Positions 40,712 through 50,058 of a stretch of DNA of 64,000 bases are shown one piece after another (within the stretch, counting starts at the first letter, position 1; every line of letters starts with the position of its first letter). Position numbers and translations under genes: made by a program. The DNA lies in contig CAZGBJ010000007.1 of the NCBI GenBank assembly GCA_964523895.1, positions 23,000 to 86,999 on the forward strand, given 5' to 3'. Below the pieces are notes generated by a model that saw only the letters and a program-made list of their open reading frames with translations, was not told where the DNA came from and did no database searches. Source of the DNA: an uncultured Enterobacteriaceae bacterium (GTDB lineage Bacteria; Pseudomonadota; Gammaproteobacteria; Eutrophobiales; Eutrophobiaceae).

Positions 40712-41839
40712 GTGTTCAATGTAGCTTTTAGAGTAGATGCTTCTAGAGAAATAGGAACAGGGCATGTTATGAGATGTCTTGCATTGGCCGATAAATTTCG
40801 AGAACAAGGAATAAAATCACATTTTGTTATGCGAGCACACATAGGCAATATGGCAACGCATGTTAAAGATGCTGATTATGGTGTTACGCTTTTACCTTCC
40901 GGAGAAGAAAACACATTCATTTCTACAGAGGATGAATCGAATGATTATGCTTCATGGTTGGGAGCAAGTTGGGTTGAAGATGCAGAAGACACCATACAAA
41001 ATATTACTGATTTCCATTGTTCATGGTTGATTGCGGATCATTATGCAATAGATGAAAAATGGGAATCCAGAATCAAACATAATTCAGATATTAACATAAT
41101 GGTTATAGATGGTTTAGCAGATAGGAAACATGATTGTGATATTTTATTAGATCAAAATTATACTAAAGATGGTTGTGGTCGTTGGAGAGATTTGGTTTCT
41201 CTTGAGTGTAAAATGTTTATCGGTCCAGAGTATGGACTCTTTAGATCTGAATTTGTCACAGCATATCTCCATATGCAAGAACGAAACGGTATTGTAAAAC
41301 GAATATTTATTGCATTCGGAGGTGTGGATAAACACAATATCACGCAACTAGCACTTGAGGCTGTTATTAATTTAAATGACGTGGATATCTCTATAGATGT
41401 GGTAATAGGTTCAGGGTATCAATACAAAAATGAATTGGAAGTTTTTTGTCAGAAACATACTCAAATAACTCTTCATGTAGAGACATTAAAGGTGGCTTTA
41501 CTGATGGCAAATGCTGATTTAGCAATTGGCGGCGGCGGAACCATGATGTGGGAGCGTTGTTATCTTGGATTACCTTCTATTGTTATTGCGATTGCTGAAA
41601 ATCAAATAAACCAAGCGGTTTCTGTTGGTTCTACAGATGCAATTTATTATTTAGGTGACTTTAATAATGATATAAAGAATGAATTAGACAAAGTTTTAGG
41701 TTCGATTGCCTATGATTCAAATCGTTTGTGTTCAATGAGTTGCAGTTCATTAAATTTGATGAAATCAAAAACACATACAAATGGTCGCGTTAACAATCAT
41801 CCTGTAGTTGAATATATGATGGAAAATATAGCAAGGTAG
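40712..41839 (+). CDS. pseG: UDP-2,4-diacetamido-2,4,6-trideoxy-beta-L-altropyranose hydrolase
   Basis: GT-B-like protein beginning VAFRVDASREIGTGHVMRCLALA, cf. PseG FRSDSSSQIGFGH. In pse gene context. Confidence 0.65.
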   Translation: MFNVAFRVDASREIGTGHVMRCLALADKFREQGIKSHFVMRAHIGNMATHVKDADYGVTLLPSGEENTFISTEDESNDYASWLGASWVEDAEDTIQNITDFHCSWLIADHYAIDEKWESRIKHNSDINIMVIDGLADRKHDCDILLDQNYTKDGCGRWRDLVSLECKMFIGPEYGLFRSEFVTAYLHMQERNGIVKRIFIAFGGVDKHNITQLALEAVINLNDVDISIDVVIGSGYQYKNELEVFCQKHTQITLHVETLKVALLMANADLAIGGGGTMMWERCYLGLPSIVIAIAENQINQAVSVGSTDAIYYLGDFNNDIKNELDKVLGSIAYDSNRLCSMSCSSLNLMKSKTHTNGRVNNHPVVEYMMENIAR

Positions 41840-41887
41840 TTATCTTGTCGTTAAAAATCATGGGCGTTAATTTATAATTGTTTTTAG

Positions 41888-42514
41888 TTGGTTAGGATGC
41901 TACTTAAAGAAAAAATAATAATGCAAGAACATGAAGTTGCTGAGCTTGATCTAGCTTTTAAAGGCGACCGAGAATATTTGCATGGCACAGATATTTTTAA
42001 TGAACTTGTAATGTTAATGTCGCCTGTGGAACATATTAAATTTCAGTTGAAAAAAATAATGACAAGCCAAATATCGATAATTAGATTAGGTGATAGACAA
42101 GAAAGTCGTCAAAAAATATCTGGTATTTTTAAATTCATGCACAAAAAAAATGAAATTGAATTGGGGTTGTTTGAAAATAGTAAGAAGATAAATCGGCGTT
42201 ATGAATATAACGAAGAAGAGGTTATCAGAGATGTTATATATACAAAAGATAAAGCCGAATTACATTCGTCGACTAAATATAGCTTTATTGAAAGATTAGT
42301 CTCTCTCAACAAATCGATGCTTGTTCGGTTTGTCGAGCAGCCATCAGTGAAATGGTATTTTACACAAATTGACATAACAAGACTTCCTGCCGATGATTGT
42401 TCGTTGAGCTTAAGTATAAAACAGCAACTTGGAATTCGTTTGGTTTTATCAAATATTGTAGCGAATGGTGTAAAGATAGGTAGTATCGGTTTTTCGGGTG
42501 TGGTTGAGGAATGA
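41888..42514 (+). CDS. Hypothetical protein. The start may be the internal Met at 41921.
   Basis: ORF only. No recognisable motif. Its stop overlaps the start of the FabH-like gene. Confidence 0.3.
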   Translation: MVRMLLKEKIIMQEHEVAELDLAFKGDREYLHGTDIFNELVMLMSPVEHIKFQLKKIMTSQISIIRLGDRQESRQKISGIFKFMHKKNEIELGLFENSKKINRRYEYNEEEVIRDVIYTKDKAELHSSTKYSFIERLVSLNKSMLVRFVEQPSVKWYFTQIDITRLPADDCSLSLSIKQQLGIRLVLSNIVANGVKIGSIGFSGVVEE

Positions 42515-43428
42515 TAGGCATCGAAAAAATCACCTATGCTTTAGGTGATGTACGCATCAATAATTATGATAGAGCAACTGCTTTAGGTGCAACTGATGAC
42601 TTAATTAAAAATAAAATTGGTATAGAAAGTGTGAGAAGGAAAATGGCGGATCAAGATACTTCAGACATTGCCTTGCAAGCGGCACAGAAAATATTTGATA
42701 GTAGTTCTTTAGAACTAAAGGATATTGAATGCCTCATTGTTATTACTCAAAACCCTGATGGCTTTGGGCTTCCTCATACATCGGCGGTTCTGCATGGAAA
42801 ATTAGATTTGGATGAATCTGTTGCTTGTTTTGATATTTCTCTTGGTTGTTCTGGATATGTGTATGGTTTGTCTGTAATCACTTCGTTCATGAACTCAAAT
42901 AATATGACTTGTGGCCTTTTGATAAGTGCGGATCCTTATTCAAAAATTCTTGATGAGAATGATCGTAATACAGCAATGATTTTTGGAGATGCTGCTACAG
43001 CAACGTTAATATCAGAACAGTGTATCTGGAGTATAGGGAAGTTTGATTTTGGAACAGCAGGTAAAAAAGGTGATGCTTTAAGAATATCTGACGAACGTAA
43101 ATTGGTAATGAATGGCAGGGCGGTTTTTAACTTTTCTGCTACAGAAGTACCTAAAAGTATTCAGAAAACATTAGAGTTGAATAATATGCTTATGGAAGAC
43201 GTTGATCAGATAATTTTGCATCAGGGAAGTCGTTTCATTGTTGAAACAATAGCAAAAAGGCTTGATGAACATGACAGGATCAAATTTTATGCAATGGATT
43301 ATGGAAATACAGTGTCATCATCTATTCCTATTATTCTGGCAGATCAAACTTCGTCACGAAACCGTACGATAATGTTATCTGGTTTTGGCGTTGGATTATC
43401 ATGGGCAACAACCATTATATCTAAATAG
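42511..43428 (+). CDS. FabH-like 3-oxoacyl-ACP synthase III (short, 305 aa)
   Basis: Thiolase-fold KAS III with ISLGCSGYVYGL around the nucleophilic Cys and HQGSRFI downstream. Located inside the glycan locus. Confidence 0.65.
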   Translation: MIGIEKITYALGDVRINNYDRATALGATDDLIKNKIGIESVRRKMADQDTSDIALQAAQKIFDSSSLELKDIECLIVITQNPDGFGLPHTSAVLHGKLDLDESVACFDISLGCSGYVYGLSVITSFMNSNNMTCGLLISADPYSKILDENDRNTAMIFGDAATATLISEQCIWSIGKFDFGTAGKKGDALRISDERKLVMNGRAVFNFSATEVPKSIQKTLELNNMLMEDVDQIILHQGSRFIVETIAKRLDEHDRIKFYAMDYGNTVSSSIPIILADQTSSRNRTIMLSGFGVGLSWATTIISK

Positions 43429-43439
43429 AGGAGTGTTTA

Positions 43440-43673
43440 ATGTTAACTGAAGAAGAGCTTCGTAAAATTATCACTGACAAAGTGACGGGGATTGATGCAG
43501 ATACAATACCAGTCGAAACAGTATTTTCTGACGTGGGAATTGATTCATTAGATCATGCCGTTATTCTTTTAGCTATGGATGAAGAATATGGACTAAAGGT
43601 CCCAGATGATGATGTTGACCAATGTAATTCAATCAAGAATATTTTGCAGTATGCAAAAGAGATGAAAGCTTGA
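43440..43673 (+). CDS. Acyl carrier protein
   Basis: 77 aa with the GIDSLDHAV phosphopantetheine-attachment motif. Confidence 0.75.
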   Translation: MLTEEELRKIITDKVTGIDADTIPVETVFSDVGIDSLDHAVILLAMDEEYGLKVPDDDVDQCNSIKNILQYAKEMKA

Positions 43674-43707
43674 TGTTTAACATCCAGAAAAATAATTTAT
43701 TGTTCTT

Positions 43708-44589
43708 ATGAAATTGTCAGATTATTTTTCTACTTCGCAGATTGTAAATGATGGTGTTTTTTCTACGCTTGGTGGAGTTAGAACTGAATACGAAAATACC
43801 CTTGCATATGCAGACACTCCATTTCATTTGAAAAAACTCGCTGCCATTAAAAATGTTTCTTGTCTTATTATAAAGACTAATCTAGTTGATGAATTGAAAG
43901 ATAGTTCTATATCCTTTGTAGTTTCTCCATCCCCGCGAGACACTTTTTATGAATTACATGAAAAACTTATCGTAGAAAACAATTACTCACCAATGACAGA
44001 GTCGTATATTGGGGAGCACTGTAATATTCATAAGTCAGCAATTATATCTGACAATGTTCATATTGGAGATAATACTACGATAGGCGAGAAAGTTGTTATA
44101 CGCAATAATGTTTATATCTGTTCAGGTTCAACAATAGAGCCTGGCTCAGTTATTGGAGCAGAAGGAATTTTATACAGAATCGTAAATAATAAAAAAATAC
44201 GTATTCAACATGCTGGAGGAGTCAAGATCGGGGTTGATGCCACACTTTTGGCAAACAGCGTTATAGTTAAGTCTGTTCATCCGTCTATAAAGACGGAAGT
44301 CGGTGCTAGAACTATTATCGGAATAGCAAGCACAATAGGTCACGAAGTTTTTATTGGGGAAGATTGTATTATTTCTGGTAATTCGGTTGTAGCACGTAAC
44401 GCTATCATTGAAAATGAATGTTATCTCGGTTCAAGTACTGTTGTTCGAGAAAATATTAAACTCGGTAAAGGTGCAATAGTATATGCCGGAGCAATTGTTG
44501 TTTCGGATGTCGCCGCAGGAAATAAAGTTTCAGGTAATTTTGCGCATTCTCATTTTGATAGATTACGAGAATATTCATCCAAAATATAA
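43708..44589 (+). CDS. Left-handed beta-helix (hexapeptide-repeat) acyltransferase, LpxD-like N-acyltransferase
   Basis: Multiple [LIV]-G-x-x-x-x hexapeptide repeats over about 200 aa. LpxD-like overall organisation. Confidence 0.6.
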   Translation: MKLSDYFSTSQIVNDGVFSTLGGVRTEYENTLAYADTPFHLKKLAAIKNVSCLIIKTNLVDELKDSSISFVVSPSPRDTFYELHEKLIVENNYSPMTESYIGEHCNIHKSAIISDNVHIGDNTTIGEKVVIRNNVYICSGSTIEPGSVIGAEGILYRIVNNKKIRIQHAGGVKIGVDATLLANSVIVKSVHPSIKTEVGARTIIGIASTIGHEVFIGEDCIISGNSVVARNAIIENECYLGSSTVVRENIKLGKGAIVYAGAIVVSDVAAGNKVSGNFAHSHFDRLREYSSKI

Positions 44590-44597
44590 ATTAAGTT

Positions 44598-45650
44598 TTG
44601 ACTGCTACAATACTTCATGACATTTTCTCTTCCCGCAGGATGAGGCCATTTATCATTGCAGAGATGTCAGGTAACCACAACCAATCATTAGATAGAGCAT
44701 TTATGTTAGTTGAGGCGGCTGCAAAAGCGGGAGCAAATTCGATTAAATTGCAAACATATACCGCTGATACAATGACCCTTGATATTGAGAGTGATGAATT
44801 TCTTATTGATAATCCTGATAGTCTATGGAAAGGAAACTCTCTTTATGCACTTTATGAAAAAGCACATACTCCTTGGGAATGGCACGAACCAATATTTAAT
44901 CGGGCTAGAGAATTAGGGTTAATAGCATTTAGCTCACCATTTGATAGAACATCAGTTGATTTTCTTGAATCTCTGGATGTGCCTTGTTACAAGATTGCCT
45001 CTTTTGAAAACACAGATATTCCATTAATAAAAAAAGTCGCGTCAACAGGGAAACCTATGTTTATGTCAACTGGCATGGCAACGTATAGCGAACTGGAAGA
45101 ATCAGTTCAAGCAGCTCGAGATTCCGGTTGTAAAGAATTGATGTTGCTCAAGTGTACAAGTGAGTATCCAGCATTGACTGAAAATATGAATCTATTAACT
45201 CTTCCTGACATGCGAGATTCATTTGGCTGTGAAATTGGATTATCTGACCACACTATAGGATGTGTTGCTGCGATTACGTCTGTTGCATTAGGTGTGAAAG
45301 TAATTGAAAAACATTTTACGCTTGACCGAAATGATGGTGGTGTTGATAGCAGTTTTTCGCTAATTCCAGAAGAACTCGCTCTTCTTGTTAATGAAACTGA
45401 GCATGCATGGAAATCATTAGGGAAAGTAAGTTATGGTCCGACAAAAGCGGAAAAAGTTGCCGTTACCAGGAGGCGTTCAATCTATGTAACCGAAGACATG
45501 AAATCAGGAGATGTTTTTACAGAACAAAATTTACGTTGTATTCGTCCTGGAAATGGTTTGCCTCCAAAGCATTTTGATTCGTTACTAGGCAAGGCGGTGA
45601 ACTGTGATGTAAAAAAAGGAACTCCTGTCCGGTGGGACTTGGTCTCTTGA
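44598..45650 (+). CDS. pseI: Pseudaminic acid synthase (NeuB/PseI family with C-terminal SAF domain)
   Basis: NeuB-family TIM-barrel (IAEMSGNHNQSL, KLQTY, SSPFD) plus a C-terminal SAF antifreeze-like domain. Flanked by pseG and pseF. Confidence 0.75.
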   Translation: MTATILHDIFSSRRMRPFIIAEMSGNHNQSLDRAFMLVEAAAKAGANSIKLQTYTADTMTLDIESDEFLIDNPDSLWKGNSLYALYEKAHTPWEWHEPIFNRARELGLIAFSSPFDRTSVDFLESLDVPCYKIASFENTDIPLIKKVASTGKPMFMSTGMATYSELEESVQAARDSGCKELMLLKCTSEYPALTENMNLLTLPDMRDSFGCEIGLSDHTIGCVAAITSVALGVKVIEKHFTLDRNDGGVDSSFSLIPEELALLVNETEHAWKSLGKVSYGPTKAEKVAVTRRRSIYVTEDMKSGDVFTEQNLRCIRPGNGLPPKHFDSLLGKAVNCDVKKGTPVRWDLVS

Positions 45651-45690
45651 TTGTGCCACCTATTAATTTATTTTAAGTTGTAATTATTTA

Positions 45691-46440
45691 ATGTCACTTT
45701 CACAAGACAAAGTAGTAGCAATTATTGAGGCTCGAATGGGCTCGACCAGACTTCCGGGAAAACATTTGTTAAAAGCAAATGGTAAACCAATGCTTCAGCA
45801 CTTAATTGAGCGATTACAACAAGTATCAGTCATTGATGAAATTGTAATAGCGACTACTAATAATAAAAAAGATGATTTGTTAGTTTCTTTTGCAAGTGAA
45901 GTTTCTGTAGGTGTTTATCGAGGAAATGAAAACGATGTTATGGGAAGGGTCGTTGAGGCAGGTGAAGCATTTTCTGCTGATGTGATCTGTGAAATAACTG
46001 GCGATTGCCCAATTATCGATCCTGAAATAGTTGAACAGGTAATTCAGACTTTCCTAGTTAATAATGCTGTGTATGTAAATAACGGTAAGCATGGTGGTTT
46101 ACCTGGAGGAATGAATGTTCAGGTATTTTATCTTGAAACACTAAAACATTCAGCTGAGTTAACTCAAGATCCAAAAGACCGCGAACATGTAACTTTACAT
46201 ATAAAACGAAATTCAGAATTATTTCCTCCAATTTATCTTGTTGCAGAGGCAAAACTTCGTTGGCCAGAGTTAGAGTTAACCTTAGATGAGGGTGATGATT
46301 ATGAATTGCTCAAACGTATTGTTGAGTTTTTTGGGGATGAAAACCCATTTTTTAGTTGTTATGACATCATACAATTGCTCCAAAAAAAAACTGATTGGAT
46401 TCAAATTAATCAGCATGTAAACCGAAAGGGAGAAGGATGA
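45691..46440 (+). CDS. pseF: CMP-pseudaminic acid synthetase-like cytidylyltransferase
   Basis: CTP_transf_3 motifs AIIEARMGSTRLPGK and ITGDCPIIDP. Directly downstream of pseI. Confidence 0.6.
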   Translation: MSLSQDKVVAIIEARMGSTRLPGKHLLKANGKPMLQHLIERLQQVSVIDEIVIATTNNKKDDLLVSFASEVSVGVYRGNENDVMGRVVEAGEAFSADVICEITGDCPIIDPEIVEQVIQTFLVNNAVYVNNGKHGGLPGGMNVQVFYLETLKHSAELTQDPKDREHVTLHIKRNSELFPPIYLVAEAKLRWPELELTLDEGDDYELLKRIVEFFGDENPFFSCYDIIQLLQKKTDWIQINQHVNRKGEG

Positions 46441-47363
46441 GTTTACAAGCTTTAGTCATTGGGCTTGGTCAGATCGGTATGGGTTACGATCTTAATGAGA
46501 TTGATCAGAATATCATCACTTCTTTGGCTCGAGCATTTTCTTTGCACTCGAAGTTTGACTTGATTGGTGGAATTGATAGTGATTCCCATAGAAGGAATAT
46601 GTTTGAGAAATATTTTGGGAAATCAGCTTATTTTAATATTGATCATCTTCTTAAAAAATATAAGCCGGATGTTGTTGCAATAGCAACACCTACAGAATCA
46701 CATTTCAGTATTTTTAAGGAATTGGTTTCTCAATATACACCTAAAGTTATTTTATGTGAAAAACCTCTTTCGTATGATATCAATGAAGCAAAAAAAATGG
46801 TTAGTATAGCCATTGAAAAAGATATTTTATTATTTACCAATTATATGCGTCGATGTAACCCGTCTGTAATTGAGTTTAAGAATCGAATTACAAAAAATGA
46901 GTTTAAAAATCCAATTAAGGGAATATGTTGGTATTCAAAAGGCTTGTTTCATAGCGGATCTCATTTCCTTAATTTATTTCAGTATTGGCTTGGTGACGTT
47001 ATAGATTTTAAGATTATCAATCAAGGACGTTTGTGGAACTCTACCGATCCAGAACCTGATATTGAGATGGTTTTTGAAATGGGAAAAATATTATTTTTAT
47101 CAACAGATACAGAAAGCAATCCTTATTATAGTGTTGAGTTAATGGCGAAAAATGGGCGCATGCGTTATGAGGGTAATCTTATGCTTTTGTCTCTTGCAAG
47201 TTCTAATGAAGAAAAGGAAATATCATCAGATATATCGAGGCCGCAGTGGCATGTTGTTGAGCAGATTTACCAATGTCTCAATGGCAATAAAAGTTCAATA
47301 TGCACAGGAAAGGAAGGGCTTTCTACTCTTGATGTCCTTACACAAATTAAACGGCAGTTATGA
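46437..47363 (+). CDS. Gfo/Idh/MocA-family NAD-dependent sugar oxidoreductase (WbpB/WlbA-like)
   Basis: N-terminal Rossmann ALVIGLGQIGMGY and EKP motif (LCEKPLS). ATGA overlaps on both sides. Confidence 0.6.
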   Translation: MSLQALVIGLGQIGMGYDLNEIDQNIITSLARAFSLHSKFDLIGGIDSDSHRRNMFEKYFGKSAYFNIDHLLKKYKPDVVAIATPTESHFSIFKELVSQYTPKVILCEKPLSYDINEAKKMVSIAIEKDILLFTNYMRRCNPSVIEFKNRITKNEFKNPIKGICWYSKGLFHSGSHFLNLFQYWLGDVIDFKIINQGRLWNSTDPEPDIEMVFEMGKILFLSTDTESNPYYSVELMAKNGRMRYEGNLMLLSLASSNEEKEISSDISRPQWHVVEQIYQCLNGNKSSICTGKEGLSTLDVLTQIKRQL

Positions 47364-48646
47364 AGGGACAGCTAAATAATAAATTAGCTCTTCATGGTGG
47401 TCCAAAGACTATTCAACAGTCGTTTAAAGGCTATAACTCTATTGGAAAAGAAGAAACGGAAGCTGCAAGGCAAGTTGTTAATAGTGGAGTATTGTCTGAA
47501 TTTTTAGGAAGTTGGACGACGGGATTTTATGGCGGTTCTAAAGTTAAGGAATTTGAAAAAGCGTGTGAAAACTATTTTAAGGTAAAGCATGCGGTAACGG
47601 TTAATTCATGGACTTCAGGACTCATTGCTGCTGTTGGTGCTATTGGAATAGAACCTGGTGATGAAGTAATTGTAAGTCCTTGGACAATGTCTGCTAGTGC
47701 AACTGCAATTATGCATTGGAATGCTATACCTGTGTTTGCAGATATTGATAGAGAGACTTTTAATATTGATCCTGTATCTATTTTGAAAAATATTACTCCT
47801 AATACAAAGGCAATTATGGCTGTTGATATTTTTGGTCATTCAGCTGATATGGATATGATAATGAAAATTGCTGATGAAAATGATTTGAAAGTAATATCTG
47901 ATTCAGCTCAATCTCCAGGGGCTTTATATAAAGGTAAATATGCGGGCACGCTTGCTCATGTGGGTGGATATAGCCTCAATTATCATAAACACATTCATAC
48001 TGGAGAGGGCGGGATTCTTGTTACAAATAACGATGATATTGCTGAGAAATTGCGATTGATTCGTAATCATGCTGAAGCAGTGGTAGAAGATAAAGGCGTA
48101 ACTGAGCTTACAAACATGGTTGGCTATAATTTTCGACTTGGTGAAATTGAATGTGCAATAGGCATTGAACAATTAAAAAAACTAAAAGGAATAGTAAAAA
48201 CACGACAAGATTTAGCGGGTAAGCTTACCGAAGGATTACAAGGTTTGCCTGGTTTGCAAACTCCTATTGTAAAGCCAGAATGTACACATGCTTATTATGG
48301 GTATCCTATTATATTAGACATCGAAGAATTAGGTGTAAACAGAGAACGGATTCATGAGGCGTTACAAGCAGAAGGGGTGCCAATAGCAAAAAAATATCAG
48401 AACATACATTTGCTTCCAATGTATCAAAAAAAAATAGCATATGGCTCTAAAGGATTTCCTTGGAATTCGGAAATATGTAAACGTGACATTGATTATGGGA
48501 AAGGTATTTGTCCCATAGCAGAAGATCTTAATGACGTAACGTACCTATGTATTGGTATGTGTGTATATGAATATGATGAAAATGATATCACTATGATAAT
48601 TAAAGCATTTAGGAAGGTATGGGAAAAGTTAGGGGAGTTAATATGA
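47360..48646 (+). CDS. DegT/DnrJ/EryC1/StrS aminotransferase (WbpE/WlbC-like)
   Basis: DegT-family fold, 428 aa, PLP Lys region (GYSLNYHKHIHTGEGG). Confidence 0.65.
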   Translation: MKGQLNNKLALHGGPKTIQQSFKGYNSIGKEETEAARQVVNSGVLSEFLGSWTTGFYGGSKVKEFEKACENYFKVKHAVTVNSWTSGLIAAVGAIGIEPGDEVIVSPWTMSASATAIMHWNAIPVFADIDRETFNIDPVSILKNITPNTKAIMAVDIFGHSADMDMIMKIADENDLKVISDSAQSPGALYKGKYAGTLAHVGGYSLNYHKHIHTGEGGILVTNNDDIAEKLRLIRNHAEAVVEDKGVTELTNMVGYNFRLGEIECAIGIEQLKKLKGIVKTRQDLAGKLTEGLQGLPGLQTPIVKPECTHAYYGYPIILDIEELGVNRERIHEALQAEGVPIAKKYQNIHLLPMYQKKIAYGSKGFPWNSEICKRDIDYGKGICPIAEDLNDVTYLCIGMCVYEYDENDITMIIKAFRKVWEKLGELI

Positions 48647-49176
48647 TTTATGCACTGGGAAACAAATATTTTGTACGAGCACTTCAGCTTAGTGACTTGG
48701 AAGGGCCATATCCATCATGGTTTGAAGACCAGGAAATATGTAAATATAACTCACATGGAAAGTACTTTAAAAGTGCAAATTACTACCGTAGCTATATAGA
48801 AAATATTGATAAAGCATCTCAAATCGTTTGGGCTATATGTCATGAAAGTGATGGTCACATTGGTAATGTAAGCCTGCAATCTCTCTCATTTATAAATCGG
48901 AGTGCTGAATTTGCCATTATAATTGGAAATAAGGATCATATAGGTAAAGGTCTGAGCAAAATGGCCGGAAAGAAAATAATCGAACATGGATTTTATAAGT
49001 TAAATCTGGAGCGTATATATTGTGGTACGGCGGATACTAATTCTCAGATGAAAGCGCTTGCAAAATCACTCGGCATGGTAGAAGAAGGCCGTCGTAGGAA
49101 ACATATTTATCTCGATAATATGTGGGTCGATATTATCGAATATGGTTTACTGCGAAAAGAAGCAAGTTTTAGCTAG
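48643..49176 (+). CDS. GNAT-family N-acetyltransferase
   Basis: GNAT fold. ATG at 48643 overlaps the DegT stop (ATGA), so it is preferred over the ORF-track start at 48619. Confidence 0.5.
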   Translation: MIYALGNKYFVRALQLSDLEGPYPSWFEDQEICKYNSHGKYFKSANYYRSYIENIDKASQIVWAICHESDGHIGNVSLQSLSFINRSAEFAIIIGNKDHIGKGLSKMAGKKIIEHGFYKLNLERIYCGTADTNSQMKALAKSLGMVEEGRRRKHIYLDNMWVDIIEYGLLRKEASFS

Positions 49177-49191
49177 ATAGTTATTGCCGAA

Positions 49192-50058
49192 ATGAAGGTT
49201 GCTGTTGTTTGTTATCATGCTGGTGGTGCAGAAATAATATCTAGTTATATCGCCGAGAATGATATTGATTGTTCTTTTGTGTTAGATGGACCTGCAATAA
49301 AAGTTTTTTCACGACGTTTCGGTGATATAAAAAACATATCTTCTGAAGAAGCATTGATGGAATGTGATAGTTTTTTAACGGGGACTGGATGCGTGTCAAA
49401 TTGGGAATGGAATGCAATACAAATTGCAAAAAATAATAAGAAATATGTTGTGTCCTTTATTGACCATTGGGTTAATTATCATAATCGTTTTGTTCGAAAT
49501 GGCATTGAACAAGTTCCAGATGAGGTCTGGGTGGGTGATCAACATGCTTACACGTTGGCAAGGAAAGAACTGGAAGGGTATCAAGTAAAATTTGTTGACA
49601 ATCCCTATTTCAAAGAAGTAAAAAAAATGTTTGGTTATTATGCTGCGGGCAAAGTCGGTGCCTCGGCCTCAAAAAATATACTATATGTTTGTGAAAATAT
49701 TAATAAACCAGAATTTCATCAAAATGATTCGATTCGTTACATGCTGGAAAATATAAGTAGAATTATTGATAACCCTGATTTGATATTAATCAGACCTCAT
49801 CCGTCAGAAGAGAGCAGTAAATATAAGTGGTTGTGTGATGAATATGATTTGCCAATAGAAATTAGCACAAATTCATTACTTATAGATGATATTAAAAATT
49901 GTAAAATTGTTGCGGGCTGCACATCTATGGCAATGGTGATAGGACTTCTTGCAAAAAAACGGGTTGTTTCTTGCATTCCAGATAACAAGACATCTTTAAC
50001 TTTGCCCTTTCAGGAAATAGAAATGCTTTCTCATATCATTGATGAATGTAACATATGA
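49192..50058 (+). CDS. Hypothetical protein, candidate glycosyl/polysaccharide transferase partner
   Basis: ORF only. Overlaps the next ORF by 4 nt. Confidence 0.3.
   Translation: MKVAVVCYHAGGAEIISSYIAENDIDCSFVLDGPAIKVFSRRFGDIKNISSEEALMECDSFLTGTGCVSNWEWNAIQIAKNNKKYVVSFIDHWVNYHNRFVRNGIEQVPDEVWVGDQHAYTLARKELEGYQVKFVDNPYFKEVKKMFGYYAAGKVGASASKNILYVCENINKPEFHQNDSIRYMLENISRIIDNPDLILIRPHPSEESSKYKWLCDEYDLPIEISTNSLLIDDIKNCKIVAGCTSMAMVIGLLAKKRVVSCIPDNKTSLTLPFQEIEMLSHIIDECNI

Noticed and set aside
43440-43673. Possibility that the ACP and FabH-like genes belong to housekeeping fatty-acid synthesis (fabH, acpP)
   Set aside because: The housekeeping acpP and fabH form a fab cluster with plsX, fabD and fabG. 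Here they are embedded between pseG and pseI with an LbH acyltransferase. The ACP sequence is also divergent from AcpP (no DSLD...EEEF core).
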